Origin: TPA_inf: Saccharomyces
Taxonomy: Eukaryota
NCBI GenBank assembly: GCA_000146045.2
Contig: BK006936.2
Coordinates: 736,001 to 800,000, forward strand
Length of the DNA stretch: 64,000 nt
Direction: 5' to 3'
Below, piece by piece: positions 1 through 10,360 of the stretch. The notes beneath the pieces are model-generated. The model was not told where the DNA came from. It saw only the letters and a program-made list of their open reading frames with translations, and did no database searches. The position numbers were made by a program, and so were the translations under genes. The number at the start of each line of letters is the position of its first letter. Position 1 is the first letter of the stretch.

Positions 1-263
1 TCCACTTCACAGATCTTGCTAACGGACCCAATTTCGACATGATTCTCTCCGTTATCTGCTGGTTCTTAGTCCACTGTCTGTTCTGTCCCCCTTCTGTCCA
101 AGAGATAGAATATAAAAAAGACTCATTATTTTTTTTTAGGTACTTCGCTTATTGGTGGTCAATGAGAAAAAAAATACTAAAAGCCATCGCCTCTTGGAGA
201 AGAGCAAACTATCAAAAATCATCAAGCCGACATTTCCACATCGAGTCTCATAGTCTTTCAATC

Positions 264-1736
264 ATGTTTCCCAGAGCTTCTGCATTGGCCAAATGTATGG
301 CAACTGTTCATCGTCGTGGGCTACTCACCAGTGGTGCACAATCGCTAGTCTCCAAACCAGTCTCGGAGGGAGATCCAGAGATGTTTGACATCTTGCAACA
401 AGAACGTCACAGACAAAAACACTCTATCACCCTTATCCCATCAGAAAACTTCACCTCGAAGGCCGTTATGGATTTGCTAGGTTCTGAGCTCCAAAACAAG
501 TATTCTGAAGGTTATCCAGGTGAAAGATACTACGGAGGTAACGAAATCATCGATAAGTCCGAATCCTTGTGTCAAGCAAGAGCTCTGGAACTGTACGGAT
601 TAGACCCTGCCAAGTGGGGAGTTAATGTTCAACCATTAAGCGGGGCACCTGCCAATTTGTATGTTTACTCCGCTATCATGAACGTTGGTGAAAGATTAAT
701 GGGATTGGATTTGCCAGATGGTGGTCACTTGTCTCACGGGTACCAACTTAAGTCAGGAACGCCAATTTCTTTCATTTCCAAATACTTCCAAAGTATGCCA
801 TACCATGTCGACCACACTACGGGGCTAATCGATTACGATAACTTGCAAGTATTGGCCAAGGCATTCAGACCAAAGGTGATCGTGGCCGGTACTTCCGCGT
901 ACTCGAGATTAATAGACTACGCTAGATTCAAGGAAATTTCCCAAGGATGCGGCGCATATTTGATGAGTGATATGGCACACATATCCGGTTTGGTGGCAGC
1001 CAATGTTGTCCCATCTCCATTTGAACATTCCGATATAGTTACCACAACCACTCACAAGTCCTTGAGAGGCCCAAGAGGTGCTATGATTTTCTTCAGAAAG
1101 GGTATCAAGTCTGTCACCAAAAAGGGCAAGGAAATCCCATATGAGTTAGAAAAGAAAATCAACTTCTCAGTTTTCCCAGGACATCAAGGTGGTCCTCACA
1201 ACCATACTATCGGTGCAATGGCAGTGGCATTAAAGCAAGCGATGTCTCCAGAATTCAAAGAATACCAACAAAAAATTGTCGACAACAGCAAATGGTTTGC
1301 TCAGGAACTAACCAAGATGGGTTATAAGTTGGTTTCCGGCGGTACCGATAACCACTTGATTGTTATTGACTTATCCGGTACTCAGGTAGACGGTGCTCGT
1401 GTCGAGACAATTTTAAGTGCCTTGAACATTGCTGCTAACAAGAACACCATCCCAGGTGATAAGAGTGCTCTTTTCCCCTCTGGTCTAAGAATCGGTACTC
1501 CAGCAATGACCACGAGAGGATTTGGCCGTGAAGAGTTTTCTCAAGTCGCAAAGTACATTGATTCTGCCGTTAAGCTCGCTGAAAATTTGAAAACTTTGGA
1601 ACCAACAACGAAACTAGATGCAAGATCAAGACTCAATGAGTTCAAGAAGTTGTGTAATGAATCTAGTGAAGTCGCTGCTTTGTCTGGCGAGATTTCCAAG
1701 TGGGTCGGTCAATACCCTGTCCCAGGTGATATCTAA
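264..1736 (+). CDS. SHM1: Serine hydroxymethyltransferase, mitochondrial (490 aa); YBR263W
   Basis: Long ORF 39..1736. The translation carries the conserved SHMT fold with a PLP-lysine region ([12 protein letters not shown]) and GGHLSHG motifs. I place the start at the Met beginning [12 protein letters not shown] (nt 264), which has a basic presequence-like N-terminus. Gene order matches the chrII reference. Confidence 0.93.
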   Translation: MFPRASALAKCMATVHRRGLLTSGAQSLVSKPVSEGDPEMFDILQQERHRQKHSITLIPSENFTSKAVMDLLGSELQNKYSEGYPGERYYGGNEIIDKSESLCQARALELYGLDPAKWGVNVQPLSGAPANLYVYSAIMNVGERLMGLDLPDGGHLSHGYQLKSGTPISFISKYFQSMPYHVDHTTGLIDYDNLQVLAKAFRPKVIVAGTSAYSRLIDYARFKEISQGCGAYLMSDMAHISGLVAANVVPSPFEHSDIVTTTTHKSLRGPRGAMIFFRKGIKSVTKKGKEIPYELEKKINFSVFPGHQGGPHNHTIGAMAVALKQAMSPEFKEYQQKIVDNSKWFAQELTKMGYKLVSGGTDNHLIVIDLSGTQVDGARVETILSALNIAANKNTIPGDKSALFPSGLRIGTPAMTTRGFGREEFSQVAKYIDSAVKLAENLKTLEPTTKLDARSRLNEFKKLCNESSEVAALSGEISKWVGQYPVPGDI

Positions 1737-1769
1737 GTAATTATGATTTAAAATCAAATACTTTATGTA

Positions 1770-2369
1770 TTAACATATACAGCCACTGCCGCTTTTTTTT
1801 TTATTTATTTCCAGTATATTTCCCTGTTCATTGTTCTTTGACAATGTCTTGAATTGACTTTCGGGAACCAAACTGATTATTATTTTATTCAATGTATCGA
1901 AATTGTACCCTGTCTTTGCACTTACGGCCACATACGGCAGACCCTGTAACTCCGCCGGTATAGTCACTTCCCCTGAATGCTCTTCGCAGACTAAATCGTA
2001 CTTATTGCCCACGATAATTACCTGCGTTCCCTGAGCACGGTCCTGTAAATCTTGAAACCATGTCTTTGCACATTGCAGACTGGATACGTCTCCCAATTCG
2101 AATACAATCAAAGCAATATTCGCATCTCGATAATACATTGGCACCAGTGATTTATACCGTTCCTGACCCGCCGTGTCCCATATCTCCATATGGATACGTT
2201 TCTCCGTAGAGGAGTCGTTAGAAGGAACCTCGATTGTCTTGGTGATGAACGCCGCACCTATCGTAGCCGCATGTTTTGCTAGAAACTTACCTGATTTGAG
2301 CCTAGTCACTATACTGGTTTTCCCCACTGATGAATCTCCTAGCAGTACCACTTTGATGGTTGCTTCCAT
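1770..2369 (-). CDS. YPT10: Rab-family small GTPase (199 aa); YBR264C
   Basis: P-loop GDSSVGKTS, switch [14 protein letters not shown] and a C-terminal CIC prenylation motif. The longest ORF extends 19 codons further upstream to nt 2426. I call the start at MEATIKVV, which agrees with the 199-aa protein I recall. Confidence 0.9.
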
Positions 2370-2581
2370 ATCGTATTCCTCCGTATTTTGTGCTACTTGT
2401 ATTTCCTGGAGTAATTTTACTATCATTGTTCCTTAACGTGAAACGTAAGGCTAAAAAACAATAAACGACAAAAAAAAAACAAAAAAATGAAAAATGCAGA
2501 GGAGTTTCTCTGCATTTACTGGAAGCGATTAAATAAGATTGCCTCAAGAAAAGAAGTTATCGGTATAATCTTTTGTAGGTA

Positions 2582-3544
2582 ATGAAGTTTACGTTAGAAG
2601 ACCAAGTTGTGTTGATCACTGGTGGTTCACAAGGTCTTGGAAAGGAATTCGCCAAAAAATATTATAATGAGGCTGAAAACACAAAGATTATTATCGTCAG
2701 TAGGTCAGAGGCTAGACTGCTGGACACATGCAACGAAATTAGGATTGAAGCTCACCTGAGAAGGGAAACCACTGACGAGGGCCAAGTGCAACATAAGTTG
2801 GCTGCGCCCTTGGACCTTGAGCAACGGTTATTTTACTACCCATGCGACTTGTCCTGCTACGAATCCGTGGAATGTTTGTTCAATGCCCTGAGAGACTTGG
2901 ATTTACTCCCTACACAAACGTTATGCTGTGCAGGGGGGGCTGTTCCTAAGTTATTTCGTGGGCTAAGCGGACATGAGTTGAACTTGGGTATGGACATCAA
3001 CTATAAAACAACTTTGAACGTGGCACATCAGATTGCCCTTGCAGAGCAAACCAAGGAACACCACCTCATCATCTTTTCTAGTGCCACCGCGCTTTACCCA
3101 TTTGTGGGCTATTCCCAGTATGCGCCTGCAAAAGCTGCAATCAAATCACTGGTAGCAATCTTAAGACAAGAACTGACGAACTTCCGTATCAGTTGTGTTT
3201 ATCCTGGTAATTTTGAAAGCGAAGGTTTCACTGTAGAGCAGCTAACGAAACCCGAAATTACAAAGTTGATCGAAGGCCCCTCAGACGCTATCCCATGCAA
3301 ACAAGCATGTGATATCATTGCCAAGTCGCTGGCCAGAGGTGATGATGACGTTTTTACAGATTTTGTCGGATGGATGATAATGGGGATGGACCTTGGGCTC
3401 ACCGCAAAGAAAAGCCGCTTTGTTCCGTTGCAATGGATTTTTGGTGTCCTATCAAACATTCTGGTCGTGCCATTCTACATGGTTGGCTGTTCCTGGTATA
3501 TCAGGAAATGGTTTCGTGAAAATGACGGCAAGAAGGCCAACTGA
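2582..3544 (+). CDS. TSC10: 3-ketosphinganine reductase, SDR family (320 aa); YBR265W
   Basis: Rossmann motif TGGSQGLG near the N-terminus, catalytic YxxxK (YSQYAPAKAA) and a hydrophobic C-terminal membrane segment. Confidence 0.92.
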   Translation: MKFTLEDQVVLITGGSQGLGKEFAKKYYNEAENTKIIIVSRSEARLLDTCNEIRIEAHLRRETTDEGQVQHKLAAPLDLEQRLFYYPCDLSCYESVECLFNALRDLDLLPTQTLCCAGGAVPKLFRGLSGHELNLGMDINYKTTLNVAHQIALAEQTKEHHLIIFSSATALYPFVGYSQYAPAKAAIKSLVAILRQELTNFRISCVYPGNFESEGFTVEQLTKPEITKLIEGPSDAIPCKQACDIIAKSLARGDDDVFTDFVGWMIMGMDLGLTAKKSRFVPLQWIFGVLSNILVVPFYMVGCSWYIRKWFRENDGKKAN

Positions 3545-3840
3545 GAGCACATCCACTCTCATTCCCGATATTCCCCGTGACTCTCTTTATTTCTTTCAAG
3601 ACAAACCCTAGTGGTGTAGCTATTTGTACATGTATAAGTATATACGAAATATTAATTATAACATTATTACCACGGCGATATTTTCCTATTTTTATTCTCT
3701 TTTCTTACTATATTTTGAAAGTTTTTCTTATGGGTACCGATGCGATGAGGTGAAAAAAATTTTCCTCTTTCCACTTTTAGTACAGGTTATGAGATGCTTC
3801 TCATTAGAAGTCAAGAAGAGAGCATATCAGTAACAATACG

Positions 3841-5022
3841 ATGAGTAGCAGTGGTGTTTATACGTGTAATTCATGTGTCCTGACCTTTGATTCAAGCGAC
3901 GAGCAGCGGGCCCACATGAAGTCCGATTGGCATCGCTACAATTTGAAAAGACGTGTTGCACAATTGCCACCAATATCATTTGAGACATTTGACTCCAAAG
4001 TGTCTGCAGCTGCTGCCAGTACTAGTAAGTCTGCTGAAAAGGAGAAACCTGTTACCAAAAAGGAGTTGAAAAGAAGGGAAAAGCAAGCATTGCTCGAAAA
4101 GAAAAAGAAACTGTTGGAAATTGCCAGGGCTAATATGCTTGAAAACATGCAAAAGAGCCAAGAGGGAAATACTCCCGACCTAAGCAAGCTCTCTTTGCAA
4201 GAAAATGAGGAGAACAAGGAAAAGGAAGAACCTAAGAAGGAGGAGCCTGAACAGTTGACCGAGGAAGAAATGGCGGAAAGAGTAATGCAAGAAAAGCTAC
4301 GCAACAGAGTCGATATTCCACTGGAACAATGTCTATTTTGTGAGCACAATAAGCACTTCAAAGATGTTGAAGAAAACCTGGAACACATGTTTAGGACCCA
4401 CGGGTTTTATATCCCAGAACAGAAATATCTAGTCGACAAGATCGGCTTGGTAAAATACATGTCGGAGAAGATTGGTCTTGGGAACATTTGTATTGTTTGT
4501 AATTACCAGGGGAGAACGTTGACCGCTGTAAGACAGCACATGTTGGCAAAGAGACACTGTAAAATTCCCTACGAAAGCGAGGATGAAAGGTTGGAGATAT
4601 CTGAATTCTACGATTTTACAAGCTCATACGCAAACTTTAATAGCAACACAACACCAGACAACGAAGATGACTGGGAAGACGTGGGCAGCGACGAAGCCGG
4701 AAGCGACGACGAAGATCTGCCACAAGAGTACTTATATAACGATGGTATAGAGCTGCATCTACCGACAGGCATCAAAGTTGGCCACAGGTCCTTGCAAAGA
4801 TACTACAAGCAAGACTTAAAGCCCGAGGTGATACTGACCGAAGGCCAAGGTACCCTGGTCGCTGCAGAGACGAGATCGTTCTTACCTGCCTTCGACAAAA
4901 AGGGCGTGCAGACTCAACAGCGTGTTTGGCAAACTGAGAGGTTCGACAAGAAAAGGCTCGATAAGAGAAGTGCCAAGTTCGTCAATAACCAACCACACTA
5001 CAGAGACCAACTTCTGCAGTAA
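3841..5022 (+). CDS. REI1: Cytoplasmic pre-60S ribosome biogenesis factor, C2H2 zinc-finger protein (393 aa); YBR267W
   Basis: Three C2H2-type fingers (CNSC...H...H, CLFCEH...H, CIVCNYQG...H...H) and a K/E-rich central region. Length and position match. Confidence 0.9.
   Translation: MSSSGVYTCNSCVLTFDSSDEQRAHMKSDWHRYNLKRRVAQLPPISFETFDSKVSAAAASTSKSAEKEKPVTKKELKRREKQALLEKKKKLLEIARANMLENMQKSQEGNTPDLSKLSLQENEENKEKEEPKKEEPEQLTEEEMAERVMQEKLRNRVDIPLEQCLFCEHNKHFKDVEENLEHMFRTHGFYIPEQKYLVDKIGLVKYMSEKIGLGNICIVCNYQGRTLTAVRQHMLAKRHCKIPYESEDERLEISEFYDFTSSYANFNSNTTPDNEDDWEDVGSDEAGSDDEDLPQEYLYNDGIELHLPTGIKVGHRSLQRYYKQDLKPEVILTEGQGTLVAAETRSFLPAFDKKGVQTQQRVWQTERFDKKRLDKRSAKFVNNQPHYRDQLLQ
3936..4388 (-). other. 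SLM6: Dubious ORF antisense to the REI1 5' region (150 aa); YBR266C
   Basis: Antisense ORF overlapping the K/E-rich part of REI1. Its low-complexity S/F/L composition is typical of a shadow ORF. The reference annotation lists it as dubious. Confidence 0.3.
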
Positions 5023-5298
5023 TTCTTTTTGCACTACTTTTTTTAGTATTTTGTCGCATATATACTGCTTCACCATTTGTACATTAGATAATTCTTCACT
5101 ACCCCCTCTATAGCAATGTTATAGTCATTGAATCATGCTTTGAAATGCCTGTTCTAATATTCTCTTCATATAATAAATGCGTGATGCCGGGTATTTGTGC
5201 GCCCTTGTTTGGCGCAAAAATCTCGAAAGTGAAAAAACTAATAGGCTTCTTAAAGCAGTTATATCTACAGCAAAGGAAATAGCTGCTGAAGACTGAAG

Positions 5299-5616
5299 AT
5301 GTTGGCGCGCAGTTTGGGTTACAGGTTGATATCGACCAGTCGTATCTTATATAATAAACCCACGGTTAAGTCAGTGGTGTCGTCGTGTCCTGCGGGAACA
5401 TCGCTTAACTTAAACATATGGAAGAGCGGTAAAGACGCAGTGGCACTCGAGGACAAGGAGTATCCAAATTGGTTATGGAGCGTATTGGATAGTGATCACG
5501 TTGTCGAACATGCGGCTGAGGACCCAGAGGGACAGGCTCTCTTAAAGAGAAGAAAGAACATAAGGAAGGCGAACAGGCAGCGAATCAAGCAAAACAATTT
5601 CTTGAGCCAACTTTAA
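5299..5616 (+). CDS. MRPL37: Mitochondrial ribosomal protein of the large subunit (105 aa); YBR268W
   Basis: 105-aa basic ORF in the expected position and length, with a mitochondrial-targeting-like N-terminus ([15 protein letters not shown]). Confidence 0.85.
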
Positions 5617-6159
5617 GCCTCCGTTAATAAGATCAAGTTTGGTATCCTTGTAAATAAATATGTGTGTACGTGGTTAAATAGTATGTTTTTAGCATAATGC
5701 CTTATTTTGTACCAACAAAAACATGATAGTTCCCACATATCTTTTCGCCTGGGGAATACCAAGTGGGACAAACAAAACGTTAAAAATTAAATCCTTTAGA
5801 GTACCACAAATTCGCAAGAAACAAGATAGTTGAATTGTCAATCATGGCTAAGATAAGTATGAATGTGCCCAGTGTAAAGATCAAAAACATGCCAAAGGTA
5901 AGGTTAAAAAGCACTAGAAAGACTGTCTCCACGAAAAACATGCGAAATAGGTTCAATTCATACTCGAAAAGAATTCGAAGGACGCTCACAAGAAAGAGAT
6001 TTTAGGCAAACATGAAACGTATGCATTTCATAACACACACATATATATATTATATATTCAAAATAAAGCATAACAACATACATATTGAAAAGTAAATTGA
6101 ACGTTACGCAGTTTCATCAAATAAGAATAGTATTATTAAAAATTGGCCGGACCAAATAT

Positions 6160-6576
6160 CTAGAAATCCGTTACTCTTCCGTTAAACGAATAATCGCCGT
6201 GTCTCAACGGGTCCTGCTTGGGACCCCCAACTTCACCAGTCTTGGGGTTAACATCACCTTCGAATTCAGGTATGGTCTTGGAAAATTCAGGCGAGAATGA
6301 CCCAATATCGTTTTTGGTTAAAAGCGGTGAATTCAAACTCTCCTTTGTACGATCGCCGGTGGCCTGCGCATTATACTGATCTATTGCCTCTTGCGATGTG
6401 GCAATCCTCTGAAGTCTTTCGAACTCTTCCTGCTCTTCTCTTGGCAGCTTGGGAGGGCCGGGGATCCTTTCAGTAGTTATTTTTCGGGTGGCCATATTAA
6501 ATGGTCGTCCACGTAGTAGATTTAAGGCTCCCGTGCGAGGATACCGATAACCTGTGCTTTTGATGGCGCACAACAT
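6160..6576 (-). CDS. SDH8: Mitochondrial SDH assembly factor (138 aa); YBR269C
   Basis: 138-aa ORF with an amphipathic basic N-terminus. Position and length match YBR269C (formerly FMP21). Confidence 0.82.
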   Translation of the reverse strand: MLCAIKSTGYRYPRTGALNLLRGRPFNMATRKITTERIPGPPKLPREEQEEFERLQRIATSQEAIDQYNAQATGDRTKESLNSPLLTKNDIGSFSPEFSKTIPEFEGDVNPKTGEVGGPKQDPLRHGDYSFNGRVTDF

Positions 6577-6760
6577 TAGTTCTTCTTTTTATTATTTGGT
6601 TCTTTCTGACTCTTTAGCAAGTTAATATGATCTGCACTTTCCCCATTGGCCCCTTTATAGGGCGGAAAAGAGCATCTGTTTTTCCGGATTCTTGGAACAA
6701 GAAAAAGGAAATACACCTATCTATATGCCACTATTGTATATTACTAAATAAAATATTTAA

Positions 6761-8398
6761 TTATATACTCATGCGTATGCCCTCAAGAAGTTCACCAATA
6801 ATTCTTTGGTTTCTGCTGTTACCTTTTATGGTATTCAGGATCCCAAAACACTGCAGCAGCGTCAGTTTATCTTCCTCTGTGACGCCGTTCTGTTCTTCCT
6901 CGCTGAAAATATATCTTTGAAAACTCTTACTGGCACCGTCATTTGTATGTAGGAAGCTTTCGTAATACGGAAGAATGATGGAGTCTCTAAAACACTTTAA
7001 TAAAAGGACATCAATTGACGGTGCGTACCTTGAAGGTTCAGATAGATATCCGTCAAGCCAGTAGTTACTATTTTTTTGGAAGCTTTTCTCGAAGGGCAGT
7101 AACACTGCCATCATGTCGTAGTAAACCTGTTGGTAAAACACCTTCCAGATTATGCCGACTCTTTTCAAAGCCGTATTTACGGTATCCTCATTGGCATAAT
7201 TGAACACAATCTGGTTCTCTAAAATGTAAAGTGAAGTGGTAATGAATTCCTCGATTTCGGCCAAAAACCTTGAGTGCGTTACGGCAGCCTTGGTTTGTGT
7301 TTTCAAAGTGATATAAAATTCCAGCAGCCGGTCAATATCTTCTATTTTTGCTGGCAATTGCCATACCCTCTTGTTTTTAAATAGCTCCACAACTATGCTG
7401 CAGTATATACCCCAGATATTCCCCTCCAGAACAAATAACTCCTGTACGGTGAAGCTTTTATAGTTTGCTATCAAGGATGGCAAGTTTTTCAGTAAATCAT
7501 GTAGTAAAGAAACATTAGTCGCGTCGAAAGCATCATCTTGGATCAGCGATAGAGCTGTATCATTAGGGTTGTTGTTAATGCTAGGGTTAAAGGAATATAC
7601 AGATTTTCCAGAGTCAATAAGGCCTCCAGTAGAAGTATGGATAAACTGTACGGGTGACCTATGTTTACCATATGAAGAATGCAGAAATTTACTGAATGGG
7701 CTGGGAACTACGGGTTCAACGTCGTCTTTACCAATGGAATTATGCGGCTTGTAGGGTAAAAGCTTTTTTGCCATTTTGCTAAAGACATTACTGCCTTTGT
7801 TTGAATGAGAATGTCCTGTAGACAGTGAAGATTGTAAACTGTTCACACTCATATTAGATTTCGTATGAAACAATTTAGAGCCACTCCTACTTATGTTGTT
7901 ACTACTTGTGCCGGTAATAACAGTGCCGTAGTTTTTTGACCCGCTCCTGCTTCGATTTCTCATATTATCTTTTGAATTGGTGAAGATGGACAGTCGCCTT
8001 TTATTGCCCCTTGAGTTGGAAGAAAATAAACTATCATTAGACGTGGTGTTCCCCTCCATTCGGTTACTACTTGATGAACCTATTTCGGAGTGACCATCGT
8101 TATTCTCCGTGCCTTGGCTGTACTCCTCTTCAATCGAATCCGTCGAGCGCCTTGCATTGGAACCATCATGGAATATAGATTGAAACCCCACCTGTGACCA
8201 TCTAGGAGCGGCATCATGAGGAGATTTGGATGTTTTTAGATGCACATCTTCGTCGGGATGTGTCAGCGCTTGCGGTACTATATCAGAAGAAACACTATAA
8301 ACTCTAGCTGGTTTGCGATTAGTTGCTTTTATGTTCGGGTTCGTGACGCTCAGTGAGCCTGAGGTAGCACTTCTTTTACGATTTAGGTCTGTTGCCAT
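6761..8398 (-). CDS. BIT2: TORC2 subunit, Bit61 paralog (545 aa); YBR270C
   Basis: 545-aa ORF with a long S/N-rich disordered N-terminal half and a structured C-terminal half. Length and position match. Confidence 0.85.
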   Translation of the reverse strand: MATDLNRKRSATSGSLSVTNPNIKATNRKPARVYSVSSDIVPQALTHPDEDVHLKTSKSPHDAAPRWSQVGFQSIFHDGSNARRSTDSIEEEYSQGTENNDGHSEIGSSSSNRMEGNTTSNDSLFSSNSRGNKRRLSIFTNSKDNMRNRSRSGSKNYGTVITGTSSNNISRSGSKLFHTKSNMSVNSLQSSLSTGHSHSNKGSNVFSKMAKKLLPYKPHNSIGKDDVEPVVPSPFSKFLHSSYGKHRSPVQFIHTSTGGLIDSGKSVYSFNPSINNNPNDTALSLIQDDAFDATNVSLLHDLLKNLPSLIANYKSFTVQELFVLEGNIWGIYCSIVVELFKNKRVWQLPAKIEDIDRLLEFYITLKTQTKAAVTHSRFLAEIEEFITTSLYILENQIVFNYANEDTVNTALKRVGIIWKVFYQQVYYDMMAVLLPFEKSFQKNSNYWLDGYLSEPSRYAPSIDVLLLKCFRDSIILPYYESFLHTNDGASKSFQRYIFSEEEQNGVTEEDKLTLLQCFGILNTIKGNSRNQRIIGELLEGIRMSI

Positions 8399-8851
8399 TG
8401 CTTGACTCTGTAGTTTAAGACTCGCCTAGCCACTTATGCTTATTGTGGTTTGTATTTTTTATTTACTGTCTTCTATCTTTCTCCCTTTAATTTTGACCTT
8501 ATTTTAAAGCCCGCAAAGATCGCTGAAAAATTGCTAGTAAAGGTCGCATGCAAAATGGATAAAGTGCTCTTGTCAAATTATTTCAACACCTTCATTCGCA
8601 GTATAGTGGTATATTGGATTGGGTAAAGGAAAACAGGCGACACCAATATTGGTTTAAGCTAGTAGCGTATGCAGCTCTATCCAGGCATTAAAATTGGTTC
8701 ACCTATTTCTGATAGTAGTTTTTTTTTTTCCAATCGTAAATTTTTTCTTCAATTTCGCGATGAGCTACAAAATAATAGTAGTGCAATCTGTATATTACTT
8801 TTCAAGTATCTAACTCATGCAAGTTAGGAGTTCCATAGCGGATATTTCACT

Positions 8852-10111
8852 ATGTTTGATCCTCTCGATTTGTACACCCCTGATGACATCCAGGTTGAGG
8901 CTTTACAGTTCAATCTAGCAGAGAGAGAGCCAAAAGATCCTTGCTCACCGCAACGTGACGAAATATTAACGGCTGTAGATGAAGAAGAGAGTGACGACGA
9001 TGACACCATTATCGATAATCTGGATCTGCCCTCCGTGAAGTATGCTCCGCCAGAAGTTATCCTTTGTATACTAATACTTCTGAAGCCCGATAGACAAGTA
9101 AACTTCAATCAGGAGACAGGGAAGAACAAATCTGTACTGGAGGTTTGCAAGAGTCATGGGCTGGAACCCGATCTGCTGAAAAGACTTTTGACTTGGTATA
9201 CAGAAGAATGGCCTAACAAGAGGTTAAACTCGTTGGAAAAGATATGCAATAAAATCCCAATGCTGAGATTTACAGTATCCAAAGAACTACTGTTGGGCTA
9301 CTATACTAGTGTATTGAAAAAATACAATAATAGTTGCGGATTGAATGAGGAAATCATACAAGAACTTCTTAAGGAATTGAGCTCAAGGATATCCGAAAAC
9401 TGTGGGAGAACGGCCCAACCATCCATAGTAAGATATTTTGAATTAAGAAATCTAAGCACTTCCATACCGCTTCATGAACCCTCTTTAACGGCCGATAATC
9501 TTGGTTGGAAAACATGGGGATCATCTTTAATACTTTCACAATTAGTCGTAGATCACCTGGATTACCTACATACCACTAATGTGAACATGTTAGCGAACAG
9601 CGACATCAAACAGATTAAAGTATTAGAATTAGGAGCGGGCACTGGTTTAGTAGGACTTTCATGGGCCTTAAAATGGAAAGAACTTTATGGAACTGAAAAT
9701 ATAGAAATCTTCGTGACGGATTTACCCGAGATTGTGACGAATTTGAAGAAAAATGTGTCATTAAATAATTTAGGAGATTTCGTTCAAGCAGAGATATTAG
9801 ATTGGACTAATCCTCACGATTTTATAGATAAATTTGGACATGAAAATGAATTTGACGTCATATTGATCGCCGACCCGATATATTCGCCTCAGCATCCGGA
9901 ATGGGTAGTTAACATGATATCGAAGTTTTTGGCGGCATCAGGGACCTGTCACCTAGAAATACCTTTAAGGGCAAAATACGCCAAAGAACGAGAGGTTTTG
10001 AAATTATTACTAAAAGAGAGTGATTTAAAAGTAGTTGAAGAACGGCATTCAGAGGGTGTGGATGATTGGGGTGCCGTTAAGTATTTATATAGGCAAATCG
10101 TTCGCAATTAG
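8852..10111 (+). CDS. EFM2: SAM-dependent lysine methyltransferase of translation elongation factors (419 aa); YBR271W
   Basis: Class I methyltransferase motif I (VLELGAGTGLVGL) and a post-motif acidic residue. Length matches. Confidence 0.88.
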   Translation: MFDPLDLYTPDDIQVEALQFNLAEREPKDPCSPQRDEILTAVDEEESDDDDTIIDNLDLPSVKYAPPEVILCILILLKPDRQVNFNQETGKNKSVLEVCKSHGLEPDLLKRLLTWYTEEWPNKRLNSLEKICNKIPMLRFTVSKELLLGYYTSVLKKYNNSCGLNEEIIQELLKELSSRISENCGRTAQPSIVRYFELRNLSTSIPLHEPSLTADNLGWKTWGSSLILSQLVVDHLDYLHTTNVNMLANSDIKQIKVLELGAGTGLVGLSWALKWKELYGTENIEIFVTDLPEIVTNLKKNVSLNNLGDFVQAEILDWTNPHDFIDKFGHENEFDVILIADPIYSPQHPEWVVNMISKFLAASGTCHLEIPLRAKYAKEREVLKLLLKESDLKVVEERHSEGVDDWGAVKYLYRQIVRN

Positions 10112-10360
10112 TGGGAAAGAAACGAACGCGCTTAGGCGAATAGTTTTTCTTTATAATAAAAATCATGCATGCTACATAGACATTGAAATGTGAATTATAA
10201 GTACTTGCCAGACCTTACATACTGATTTATACAATTTATGGAGAAGAAAACTGAATGGGCCACCTCGCCAAAAGGTTAGTTTTTGATTCAGACAGGAATC
10301 AATACTGGTAGTACATTAAACAATCAAGGCCGCCTTTATAGTTGCGCTTATGCAACATAA

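Noticed and set aside
118-124. Possible Gcn4 site (TGACTCA) in the SHM1 upstream region
   Set aside because: The sequence reads agactca, not tgactca. It is a 6/7 match only and carries no significance.
2173-2547. 87-aa plus-strand and 81-aa minus-strand ORFs overlapping YPT10 and its promoter
   Set aside because: They are shadow or overlapping frames of a well-supported Rab GTPase gene, with no motifs.
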